IMG/VR virus record: IMGVR_UViG_3300017565_000002
Coordinates: 128,001 to 192,000 of that record
DNA: 64,000 nucleotides
From: a virus
Taxonomy: Duplodnaviria > Caudoviricetes
Strand: one strand, 5' to 3'
The translations under genes were made by a program, and so were the position numbers. Shown one piece after another: positions 18,540 to 27,308 of the stretch. The first letter of the stretch is position 1. Every line of letters begins with the position of its first letter. The notes under the pieces are model-generated. The model was given only the letters and a program-made list of their open reading frames with translations. It was not told the origin of the DNA and made no database searches.

Positions 18540-19334
18540 ATGAATAAATTTGTAGATACCGCAAATAACGTAAAGGTCGTACAGGTCGCAAAGGTCGAGC
18601 CAACTGAAGACTTAAGGATGTATCGCAGCGACCCTTCTACAATTATAGATGTTATTCGCCACGGGTTGGGAGAACTCGTATTAACGGATGATGAGTTGTG
18701 TAAAATCGTGGATGAAAATCCCATGATTATTCGCCTTATTGCAAATCCGCCCGAGAATGTGCAGAGAGCGGCTGTAACGAAAGACTACAGCGCAATTCAA
18801 TATATTCAGTACCCTACCCCGGAAATGCAAGCATATGCAGTATCAAATGATAGCAGTTTGATCTGTTATTTAGATGATCCTGACGAATATGTACAAATGG
18901 TAGCTGTCGAGAATAATCCATATGTAATTGCAGCTATACAATCACCGAGTGAAGATATTTGTATAGCTGCAATTAAGAAATCACCCTATGCGATTCAACA
19001 CATTCAAAACCCGAGCGAAGCTCTCCAGCTGATGGCAGTTAAGATGAAACCTGATGCAATAGGTTTCATCACAGAACCATCGCAGTTTATACAGTTGGTG
19101 GCTGTTGATTTAGACCCGATGGCTATTAAATTCATTAAAGAACCCGCTGAAATTGTGCAGATGGCCGCTGTGGCCGGAAATACGAACGCTGTTATGTACA
19201 TCGATAAACCTACTCCACTTATTCAAATGATGGTCGTCGCGATTGATCCATCGAATATTCTGTTACTTAAAGAAATTGATCATTCCACCGTCATTCCTTA
19301 CGTGGTCGAACTTACACATGGATACAAGCATTAA
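18540..19334 (+). CDS. Degenerate 22-aa helical repeat protein (I..P....Q..AV)
   Basis: Repeats such as IQYIQYPTPEMQAYAV, IQHIQNPSEALQLMAV. Confidence 0.8.
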   Translation: MNKFVDTANNVKVVQVAKVEPTEDLRMYRSDPSTIIDVIRHGLGELVLTDDELCKIVDENPMIIRLIANPPENVQRAAVTKDYSAIQYIQYPTPEMQAYAVSNDSSLICYLDDPDEYVQMVAVENNPYVIAAIQSPSEDICIAAIKKSPYAIQHIQNPSEALQLMAVKMKPDAIGFITEPSQFIQLVAVDLDPMAIKFIKEPAEIVQMAAVAGNTNAVMYIDKPTPLIQMMVVAIDPSNILLLKEIDHSTVIPYVVELTHGYKH

Positions 19335-19342
19335 AGAAAGAA

Positions 19343-19369
19343 GAGAGGAACCCTCGAAAGGTTCCTCTC
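19343..19369 (+). terminator. Hairpin, probable terminator
   Basis: GAGAGGAACC-ctcgaaa-GGTTCCTCTC; weak U-tract. Confidence 0.55.
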
Positions 19370-19404
19370 AATTATTTTATTTATATGGGAGAGATTAATC
19401 GATT

Positions 19405-20694
19405 ATGGACAAAGAAGCTATCGACCGTATTCGCTTATACTTAAAAAACGCACCATGGCTGACCCAACAGAACACTCAAAGCGAAATTGGGGCGCTTACA
19501 TCCACTATCTCGTCGATTCGTAAATATGTGGAAAAACACGATGACTACTCACCATTATTGATTGCATTCCCGGGTGGGGATGAAGATTATGCATGGTGTA
19601 TTTATGAAGACCTTACAAGTGGATTATCCCAATTGGTTTATATTATAAACAGGGATAAGCCCATTTTTGTCTCTAATTCTAACGATGTAAGAGAGGTTGC
19701 CGATTTACCGATTTTCTTCCTCAGAAATAAACTTATTTATCATCCAAAGTTCAATTTATACACAGCTGTGGTATCGTTATTCACGGTTAGCTACTATACC
19801 CATTTTTCGTTTATATTTGCACAAGACGAAGACAGTGCACAGGTATTTATGACTTATATAAAGGCAAAGAACGTTGAGCGAGTTAGAGGGAAGATTAAAA
19901 TACTTACAGATACACCAAGAGGTCTGAATACACAGATTGAGGAAGTGAAAAATATTATAGGTTCTTCCGACGTTTTGTTGGGGCAGACAATAAAATCAGA
20001 TATTTTCAGATCAGTTGAGTAGTTCTTTACCGACGAAGGATCTTTCTATCGGACACACAAAATTCCTTATCGTAGAGGCATTTTGCTATACGGGAAGCCG
20101 GGAAATGGAAAGACGACATTAGTCCGATCACTATTAAATCATATGGATGTACCGACCACTTACTGGCAGGTTACTGAATTTTCATCAAGTAATTCTATTC
20201 GCGAAGTCTTCTCCGGACTTCAAGGACTTCAGACACCTTCAATACTCGTTGTCGAGGATATTGATTCTCTACCTAGAGATTGTCGGTCGGCATTCTTAAA
20301 CCAACTCGACGGTATAAATACAATTGAAGGACTATTCATTATTGGTACGACAAATTATCCGGAACAAATTGATTCGGCGCTCATGAATAGAGCGGGTCGA
20401 TTTGACCGTGCCTACGAAATTAAACCACCCACAGCTGATACACGGCGCGAGTATTTAATCCGAAAAGGGATTATGAATTTCGTCGATGAAGATGGTTTGG
20501 CGACGATTGTGGCGGAAACCGAAGGATATTCCATGGCTGTATTGAACGAAGTCTATACATCATGTGCGTTATATTATCATTATGATGGCGTTGTAAATGT
20601 GTCTTCCTTAATGGATCAGCTTAGGGAGATAGATAAGAAACAGAAGAAGGGCGAATTCCTTACAACTGATAAAAACGCAGTCGGGTTTATTTGA
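19405..20694 (+). pseudogene. AAA+ ATPase interrupted by one in-frame TAG at 20020-20022 (pseudogene, readthrough or sequence error)
   Basis: [39 protein letters not shown] reads continuously across the stop; Walker B LVVEDID, GTTNYP, SALMNRAGRFD downstream. Confidence 0.75.
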
Positions 20695-20718
20695 CTGATA
20701 AAAAAGGAGATAATAGCC

Positions 20719-21942
20719 ATGAATATTAACGAGATTATTGAGGTAATTGGTAAGAAAAATGGTATCCTCACGTTGGAAGAACAGTATCTCGCTATAAAAG
20801 ATTCTAAGCGTTTAGTCAAATATATCAAGAATCCACATGTGGTTATACAATGTATGGTCATCCATGATGACGCCACTATGATACAATATATCGAAAACCC
20901 TGCCGAAGAAGTGCAGTTACTGGCCGTGATGATGAGGGGTCACACAATAAGATTCATTAAAAATCCGACTAAAAGGGTTCAATTAGCTGCTGTTACACAA
21001 GAAGGATATGCAATCAAATATATTGAAAATCCTGATAAAGACGACGTGCAATTGGCCGCTATTAAACAAGATGGGCTTGCAATCAAATATATTGAAAATC
21101 CTGATAAAGATGTACAGTTAATTGCCGTCCAAACCGATGGATATGCAATCGGCTACATCAAAACCCCCGATAAAGATGTACAGTTAGCCGCCGTTAAACA
21201 AAATGGGCGTTCAATTCAATATATTGAAAATCCTGATAAAGAGATTCAACTAGCCGCGGTTGAACACGACGAGCATGTAATTGAATTCATTGAAAATCCC
21301 GATAAGGACGTACAGTTAATTGCCGTCCAAACCGATGGATATGTAATTTGCTACATCGAAAATCCTGATAAGGAGATTCAACTAGCTGCCGTTAAACAAA
21401 ATGGTCATACAATTAGATATATCAAAAATCCCGATAAAGATGTGCAGTTAGCTGCTGTTGAAGAGGATGGATATGCAATTGAATACATCAAAAATCCTGA
21501 TAAAGATATACAGTTAGCTGCTGTTACACAAGAAGCGTACGCAATCGGACATATTCAGAACCCTGATAAAGATGTTCAGTTGGTCGCTGTTCGAGAAAAT
21601 GGATATGCAATTAAATATATCAATGACCCTGACAAAGAGGTTCAATTAGCTGCTGTTACACAAGATGGATACTCAATTGAATATATCAAAAATCCTGATA
21701 AAGATGTACAGTTAGCTGCTGTTACACAAAATGGGCGTGCAATTGAATATATTGAAAATCCTGATAAGGATATACAGTTGGCCGCCGTTAAACAAAATGG
21801 ATGTGCAATCGAATGCATTGAAAATCCTGATAAGGAGATTCAACTAGCTGCCGTTAAAGAGGATGGGTTTGCAATCAAATACATTGAAAATCCTGATAAA
21901 GATGTACAGTTGGTTGCTGTTGAGAGACAAGAGGAGGATTAA
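20719..21942 (+). CDS. Tandem 22-aa repeat (solenoid) protein, 17 repeats of NPDK(D/E)(V/I)QLAAVxx(N/D)GxAIxYIx
   Basis: AAAAGGAG RBS; 66-bp DNA periodicity with recurring aaaatcctgataaagatgtacag. Confidence 0.88.
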   Translation: MNINEIIEVIGKKNGILTLEEQYLAIKDSKRLVKYIKNPHVVIQCMVIHDDATMIQYIENPAEEVQLLAVMMRGHTIRFIKNPTKRVQLAAVTQEGYAIKYIENPDKDDVQLAAIKQDGLAIKYIENPDKDVQLIAVQTDGYAIGYIKTPDKDVQLAAVKQNGRSIQYIENPDKEIQLAAVEHDEHVIEFIENPDKDVQLIAVQTDGYVICYIENPDKEIQLAAVKQNGHTIRYIKNPDKDVQLAAVEEDGYAIEYIKNPDKDIQLAAVTQEAYAIGHIQNPDKDVQLVAVRENGYAIKYINDPDKEVQLAAVTQDGYSIEYIKNPDKDVQLAAVTQNGRAIEYIENPDKDIQLAAVKQNGCAIECIENPDKEIQLAAVKEDGFAIKYIENPDKDVQLVAVERQEED

Positions 21943-21943
21943 A

Positions 21944-22405
21944 GTGAAAGATTCGCATAATGAGCATAATGATAGATCTACTCATGGAAGAATAAAGGAG
22001 AAGCGAATCGAATATAGTAAGACTGTAGGTGATACAACCGAGATATATCGTGAAACCTACATCTACGCCGATGATGCTATAGAGGTAGATCAAACCACAG
22101 ATAAAGATGAATCGCCTGTATATGCTCGAAATGCGGATGGATTTATCAAAATATCTATGACATCATTGGAGAGACAGAGAAGACAATTCCAAAAAGATCT
22201 TCTTAGTGCTGAAAAGCAAGCGAATACTCATAAGATTGCGGTACAGAAACTTAAGTCGAAAGTAAAGAAGCTAGTCAAGCAGAATAAGAAACAAAAACCT
22301 AAACCGCGTCGGTTGGTTGATAGTGGACATATTGAGCAAGATGTGAAGTTGCCGTCCAACGTGGTTCGGTTTATGGGTCGTCGAAGAGAGGGAAGAGAAG
22401 CCTGA
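21944..22405 (+). CDS. Hypothetical coiled-coil protein
   Basis: GAGGAGG RBS before GTG 21944. Confidence 0.7.
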   Translation: MKDSHNEHNDRSTHGRIKEKRIEYSKTVGDTTEIYRETYIYADDAIEVDQTTDKDESPVYARNADGFIKISMTSLERQRRQFQKDLLSAEKQANTHKIAVQKLKSKVKKLVKQNKKQKPKPRRLVDSGHIEQDVKLPSNVVRFMGRRREGREA

Positions 22406-22423
22406 GAGAAACCTCAGGCTTTT
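22398..22423 (+). terminator. Intrinsic terminator
   Basis: AAGCCTGAG / CTCAGGCTT stem plus T-run. Confidence 0.7.
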
Positions 22424-22531
22424 TCCTAATATTTTAATACGGGTATTCAATATGGAAACCAAAGTCAACGATAATATTAAATATTATGATCACCATATAA
22501 AGAATATCGACACAAAATGAAGGTGAGTTAG

Positions 22532-23575
22532 ATGGATGGAAAGGCCGTTGTACTAGATATATTAATGAACCAGCTAGAACGTGCACATTATAATCTAGAT
22601 AAGACAAAGGTCTATGGTAGATGTCCATACTGCGGGGACAGTAGGAGTAATCGGAGTGAAACGAATTTCAATATTCGTATCCCTACAGATGATGACCCTA
22701 GATGGTTATATATCTGCTTTCGTGCAAGCTGTGGGCAACATGGTGCAATTACACCAGAGTTTCTACGAATGATTGGCAGTGACCGCCATGACGCCAACGT
22801 TTATCTTAATAGGATAAATGCAACGGCAAGGAAGGCTAAACGTTTTAAAGAAAAAGGGCGAAAGGCATTCGTCAATTTTCTAAGCCCAAACGACAAGCTA
22901 TCATTGGCAAAATTAGACTACATTAATGGCAGGCTTGGGACAAAATTGTCATTAGTCGATTTAATGAAACTAAAGATCCACACATCACTCAATATGCTAC
23001 TGAAGTCAAATGAGGTTGTTATACCAGTAAAGAAAGAGCGTTATTATAATGACTTATCCCTATATGGTATATGCTTCATTAGTGCATACGGGGATTATGT
23101 CGTTGTACGTAATACGACAAAGAGTAAGAAAATTGGACGGTATACGATGATCGATGTGTTTGAAGGGGATATGGTAGACGGAGAGAAATTTAAGTTTTAC
23201 ATTATCCCCACGAAGATTGACTTGATGTCCCCTCGCCCCACAGTCATTAATATGGCTGAAGGCGGGTTTGATATCTTATCAGTTTACCTGAATATTGAAC
23301 CAAGATTGTCTTATGAAAACCAGATACACGTGAGTGTATCCGGATCAAGTTATGAACGTGCGCTAATTCAACTAATCCGACAATATGGATTGGTTGATAT
23401 CGCAATTAACTTCTTTTCCGATGACAATATCCAACTGGATGTATACCAGAAGATTTGTAATCGGGTAAGACCCTATACAAACTCATTGGATGCAAGAGTC
23501 ATCTATAATGATCTAAACGATGATTTCGGTGTTCCAAAATCTCAAATCAAGATAAGGGAAATATACCTTACGTAG
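22532..23575 (+). CDS. DNA primase (zinc finger plus TOPRIM)
   Basis: RCPYCGDS...CFRASCG zinc finger; MAEGGFDILS and FFSDD TOPRIM motifs. Confidence 0.85.
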   Translation: MDGKAVVLDILMNQLERAHYNLDKTKVYGRCPYCGDSRSNRSETNFNIRIPTDDDPRWLYICFRASCGQHGAITPEFLRMIGSDRHDANVYLNRINATARKAKRFKEKGRKAFVNFLSPNDKLSLAKLDYINGRLGTKLSLVDLMKLKIHTSLNMLLKSNEVVIPVKKERYYNDLSLYGICFISAYGDYVVVRNTTKSKKIGRYTMIDVFEGDMVDGEKFKFYIIPTKIDLMSPRPTVINMAEGGFDILSVYLNIEPRLSYENQIHVSVSGSSYERALIQLIRQYGLVDIAINFFSDDNIQLDVYQKICNRVRPYTNSLDARVIYNDLNDDFGVPKSQIKIREIYLT

Positions 23576-23587
23576 GAGGAAAAATAT

Positions 23588-24310
23588 ATGACTACAAATT
23601 TTCAAGAATGGAATCAAGAGCAAGATCTGGGTTCGGCATACGCCCATGCAACTTGTGTGGATGATACGTTTTCGCTAACTATTAAAGATGTGAGCATCTT
23701 TAAATTCAAAATTTCAAAGATGGCATACAGACGCAAACTCGAAGAACTTGTCAACTTTACAAACTACTTCATAGCCGAATATGATACAGCCCAAGAGTTC
23801 GCTTACAGTCTGCAAAGGGTCGGTCTCAAAATTCACGAAACCAAAAACCTTACACTTGCAGAGTTTGTGGGCTATCTCTTTATGACTGTATTTACGCCAT
23901 CCATTAAGACAAAAATAGTGGATGTCGCATCAAATTTGTCAGCAGAGGAACGGGATTTAAAGATTGCAGCTACTGCAATCAGGTTGGTTATTCCAGTTAT
24001 GTCCGAATATGTTTCAGTAAACGAGTTGAGAATGAAAAGTACAATGTTTAAAATCATTGAACCAGTGTTCGAGTTATTCGAAGAGACTAAGAGAATTCCT
24101 AGCATCATCCGGAAACTCGTAAACGCTAGACTGAAGGATAGTCACACGAAAAATATTAAGATGTACGAAGTTCAAGGCTTAAATCTGGAAGAAACGAGAG
24201 ATCATATCTATCGGATGGTCTTAACGGATGCTATTTTCAAGACTACCGATTATACATCTATAAGCACTATCATTGACTCGCAAATCGTTTTCAATCTCAA
24301 TTCCCAATAG
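23588..24310 (+). CDS. Truncated paralog of the gp226-like specificity subunit (N-terminal domain only), 240 aa
   Basis: In-window alignment to the 12572 ORF: NYFIAEYD vs NLFMAYYD, VFTPSIKTKI vs MFSPTMVEKI, ATAIRLVIPVMSEY vs STAIKISIPIISHF, VFELFEE vs LFPLFED. Confidence 0.7.
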   Translation: MTTNFQEWNQEQDLGSAYAHATCVDDTFSLTIKDVSIFKFKISKMAYRRKLEELVNFTNYFIAEYDTAQEFAYSLQRVGLKIHETKNLTLAEFVGYLFMTVFTPSIKTKIVDVASNLSAEERDLKIAATAIRLVIPVMSEYVSVNELRMKSTMFKIIEPVFELFEETKRIPSIIRKLVNARLKDSHTKNIKMYEVQGLNLEETRDHIYRMVLTDAIFKTTDYTSISTIIDSQIVFNLNSQ

Positions 24311-24344
24311 TAAAAAGGTCATATCGAATTAGGAGGAAACGAAA

Positions 24345-24851
24345 ATGAAACTATATGTATCTTTCCACTGTGTCTTTACTTATTTGGGCGGTCATCTCGA
24401 ATTCAATAGTTTACCCGGAGAGAATACACCGGTGTTGCTACAGGTTAATACCGAAGAAGGAGTGACTTTTCGTGCGGAATTCCGCGAGTTTGATCGTGTA
24501 TCGAACCTCATGGAAATGGCATACCCCGATACGGATATATTCCAGGATATCAGATCAAGACTCAAGCATTCGGATATTCAGTTTTCAGATATAACCGATA
24601 GCATATATGCTATCGACTATAGCGAAACGAACCCGAATGTGTACTCGTTTGATATAAAGGCAATGTCACACACCGTCGTATTCGAACTGGATAAATGGAT
24701 GGAAAGGCTGGCCCAAGTGTGCAATATGAAAGATAAAGACCAGTTCGAGCTTGTTGGCTCCAACTCGTCGATCCAGAGCTTTATTGCGCTTGTATCAGCA
24801 TCCTCTAATTTCAGACGGGGCATCAAATGTAGGTTCGTATACATCGCGTAA
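24345..24851 (+). CDS. Hypothetical protein, 168 aa
   Basis: AGGAGG RBS. Confidence 0.75.
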   Translation: MKLYVSFHCVFTYLGGHLEFNSLPGENTPVLLQVNTEEGVTFRAEFREFDRVSNLMEMAYPDTDIFQDIRSRLKHSDIQFSDITDSIYAIDYSETNPNVYSFDIKAMSHTVVFELDKWMERLAQVCNMKDKDQFELVGSNSSIQSFIALVSASSNFRRGIKCRFVYIA

Positions 24852-24858
24852 TATGCAG

Positions 24859-24894
24859 AGAAGACTGATATATAACTATCAGTCTTCTTTTTTT
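24859..24894 (+). terminator. Intrinsic terminator
   Basis: AGAAGACTGATA / TATCAGTCTTCT plus T-run. Confidence 0.85.
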
Positions 24895-24900
24895 ATCAAA

Positions 24901-24912
24901 AACACATTATTA
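24901..24912 (+). promoter_or_regulatory. Putative late promoter AACA-N6-TA
   Basis: AACA-cattat-TA immediately before the RBS AAAGGAG. Confidence 0.6.
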
Positions 24913-24929
24913 AAGGAGCGTGAAATAAA

Positions 24930-26162
24930 ATGAGGGTATTGAACGTTGAAAATCTAATTGAGAATCAGAGTCAGAAGCATCGTGAACGACTCGTCTCTCA
25001 ATTTAGCCGTTTAACAGATTCTAATCCATCATTCGTCAGATATTATTCCATCGATGGGGTTAACTCTACGGCAGAACTGGGTACACGGGATATCATGCAA
25101 TATGTCGGAGATGATTCCCCGGTTCAGTTTAAACGCGTTGAAGGTGTTCCACTATTTGCCCGCAATCCCATTACGAGTGAAGTTGTATATGATGAAAGTC
25201 TAGGTAGTTATACGTCATTTAGTGATGAGGCTTTGATAAACGTATCGGTTATACGTCCACTACCCGGAGACCACTTTGTCGACCCAGACTTTAATCCTGA
25301 GGTTATCTTTATTATTACGGAGACGAAGATACGAGCAATCCGGGGTGAGGATCACTATCAAATTTCGTTTAGTGTTGTTCCGACATCAAGACTCCTGAAT
25401 ATTGAACGGCAGGTAACTGAACGCTATAAGACAATCTTTAGAAACATCGGCACAGAGGATACCGTCCTTATCAAAGAGCAAGATTACAATCTTCTCAATG
25501 AATGTGTGGCGGCATATTCAACTATCCAAGAACGATACCTGAATGAAAATCTTGATACCGATATCGCCTACCTTAAGACACCAGATTATTTGGATCTCGA
25601 CGGGTGTGTCGGCTACGGGACTTGCAAATACCTGATTCGGTTCTTAATGGAGAATCGTGTAATTTACTTTGACGAGATCTTGGAATCGATTTTTGCATTT
25701 GAGACGGTACTGCCATTCCAAGCGAAGCATAATATCAACTACTCAAGATCGTTCCCTCTTCATAAATTCCTTAAACGGAAGATAGTCAAGGGTACGCAGT
25801 ATGTAACATTCCGGGCATTACCCATGTCTTTATTCCGTGAAGTGTCCAACGAACTCATGGAGCAATCTATCGAGTTCAAGTTCTCACCGGGTGGATCTAC
25901 ACACACACCCGATATAAAGGAATTTGTTTTATACACAGAAGAATTTACGGATATTATTATTGATAAGGATTATGACAATGCTACACCGATGGAGAAAGTC
26001 ATTGCAAAATTCGTCAATGACGAAGATATTACGATAGAAGAATTTATGGATATTATTGACGATTATGACGTAACAGATCTGTTTAGATTCTACTTTATAC
26101 CGCTGATCCTTGTCATCCTAAAGGTAAAAATTAAAGCGCTACAGAAAATAGGCAACAATTAA
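24930..26162 (+). CDS. Probable virion structural protein, 410 aa
   Basis: Late motif and RBS; PLPGDHF beta-rich N-half reminiscent of neck/head-completion proteins. Confidence 0.55.
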   Translation: MRVLNVENLIENQSQKHRERLVSQFSRLTDSNPSFVRYYSIDGVNSTAELGTRDIMQYVGDDSPVQFKRVEGVPLFARNPITSEVVYDESLGSYTSFSDEALINVSVIRPLPGDHFVDPDFNPEVIFIITETKIRAIRGEDHYQISFSVVPTSRLLNIERQVTERYKTIFRNIGTEDTVLIKEQDYNLLNECVAAYSTIQERYLNENLDTDIAYLKTPDYLDLDGCVGYGTCKYLIRFLMENRVIYFDEILESIFAFETVLPFQAKHNINYSRSFPLHKFLKRKIVKGTQYVTFRALPMSLFREVSNELMEQSIEFKFSPGGSTHTPDIKEFVLYTEEFTDIIIDKDYDNATPMEKVIAKFVNDEDITIEEFMDIIDDYDVTDLFRFYFIPLILVILKVKIKALQKIGNN

Positions 26163-26165
26163 GTA
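26154..26165 (+). promoter_or_regulatory. Putative late promoter AACA-N6-TA
   Basis: AACA-attaag-TA about 35 nt above the 26201 ATG. Confidence 0.5.
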
Positions 26166-26200
26166 ATGACAGAGTTTATTCTAAAAGGAGGATATGCACT

Positions 26201-26503
26201 ATGTTTACAATGCTTGCACAAGAAAGACATAAAAAGTTGGTAGAGGCTGACCAAGCCCGTCTGATCAAGGAAGCTGCGGACGATGTCATCCCGGATGATT
26301 ACGAATCCGAACCGGTAAGCGGCGAAGATTTGGACTCTGTAACCGGGGCCGACGAAGACTCCGTAACTGAAGAAGAGATGAGCGAATTGGAAGATCTTTT
26401 CGACACTTGGATCGAGGGAACCGCTGATGAAGAACAAGTTGAACAGCTGTCTGACGACGAGTTAGAGCAGCTTGTAGCAGATCAAAGCGCCGACATGGCT
26501 TAA
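26201..26503 (+). CDS. Highly acidic small protein
   Basis: AAAAGGAGG RBS; Asp/Glu-rich. Confidence 0.8.
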   Translation: MFTMLAQERHKKLVEADQARLIKEAADDVIPDDYESEPVSGEDLDSVTGADEDSVTEEEMSELEDLFDTWIEGTADEEQVEQLSDDELEQLVADQSADMA

Positions 26504-26526
26504 TTCAACAAAGGAGGACAAGTGAA

Positions 26527-27252
26527 ATGAATAACACCGCTAACGGGAAATGGGTCGTAATCAATGATATTGGGAGGGAACTTACGCCCGTTGGGTTCGG
26601 GCTAAGGAGTCCAATCAATAGACCTTACTTTTTTCCATTTGAAACGATTTTTCTCCTTTTGACAAGATCCGGTGTCACGAATATGTGGGAAGTTTTCCTG
26701 AAAGACCCGGAACTCCGGGTAAAACTCGATGCCACCAACTTCCGGCGATCATTCTCGGAACTGTGGGATGAGCAATATCCTGAAACACCATTCCCATGGA
26801 CCGAGGCTGGTAACATGGAAACTGATCCGTCGTTTGCAATACCACCGGGCGAAAATCAAGAACCCTCGTGGGAGATTACCTCTCCCGTAGAAGAACAACC
26901 TCCGTTCGAGGGAGGAAATCCCGACGAAGGCGGCGACGAAATTCCACCGGCTGGCGAAAACCAAGCATCTACAGGAGAGAACACTCCTCCGGCAGATGAA
27001 CAACCTCCAGTTGTGGGTGGGGAGAGTGACGAAACTCCACCTGCCGGTGAAAATACTGAGGAAACTCCGACTGAAAATGAAGAGAATACCGAGACACCAC
27101 CGGAGCAAGAAACCAACCCTGAAACTGAACCTCCGGTTGAGACACCTCCGACGGAAGAAGAACCAGAAGAGGTTGCTGATGAAGTTATCACCGAGGAAGA
27201 ACCTGAGCCGAAGGTTGTCGAGAGGCAGCAAAAGAAGCAAAAGAACCGCTAA
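26527..27252 (+). CDS. Protein with small globular N-domain and Pro/Glu-rich repetitive tail
   Basis: AAAGGAGG RBS; duplicated EQPP..GG..DE.PPAGEN block. Confidence 0.8.
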   Translation: MNNTANGKWVVINDIGRELTPVGFGLRSPINRPYFFPFETIFLLLTRSGVTNMWEVFLKDPELRVKLDATNFRRSFSELWDEQYPETPFPWTEAGNMETDPSFAIPPGENQEPSWEITSPVEEQPPFEGGNPDEGGDEIPPAGENQASTGENTPPADEQPPVVGGESDETPPAGENTEETPTENEENTETPPEQETNPETEPPVETPPTEEEPEEVADEVITEEEPEPKVVERQQKKQKNR

Positions 27253-27276
27253 TCCGAACTTATTCGAATAAGATAA

Positions 27277-27300
27277 GAGGATGGGATAATTCCCATCCTC
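27277..27300. terminator. Hairpin between convergent genes
   Basis: GAGGATGGGA-taat-TCCCATCCTC. Confidence 0.7.
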
Positions 27301-27308
27301 CACTTCTA

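Noticed and set aside
20020-20022. Genome-wide TAG reassignment
   Set aside because: TAG terminates several genes next to terminators or downstream RBSs, and long ORFs are otherwise intact
20083-20694. Standalone 203-aa ATPase starting at TTG
   Set aside because: No RBS, starts five residues before the P-loop, and is in frame with the upstream ORF
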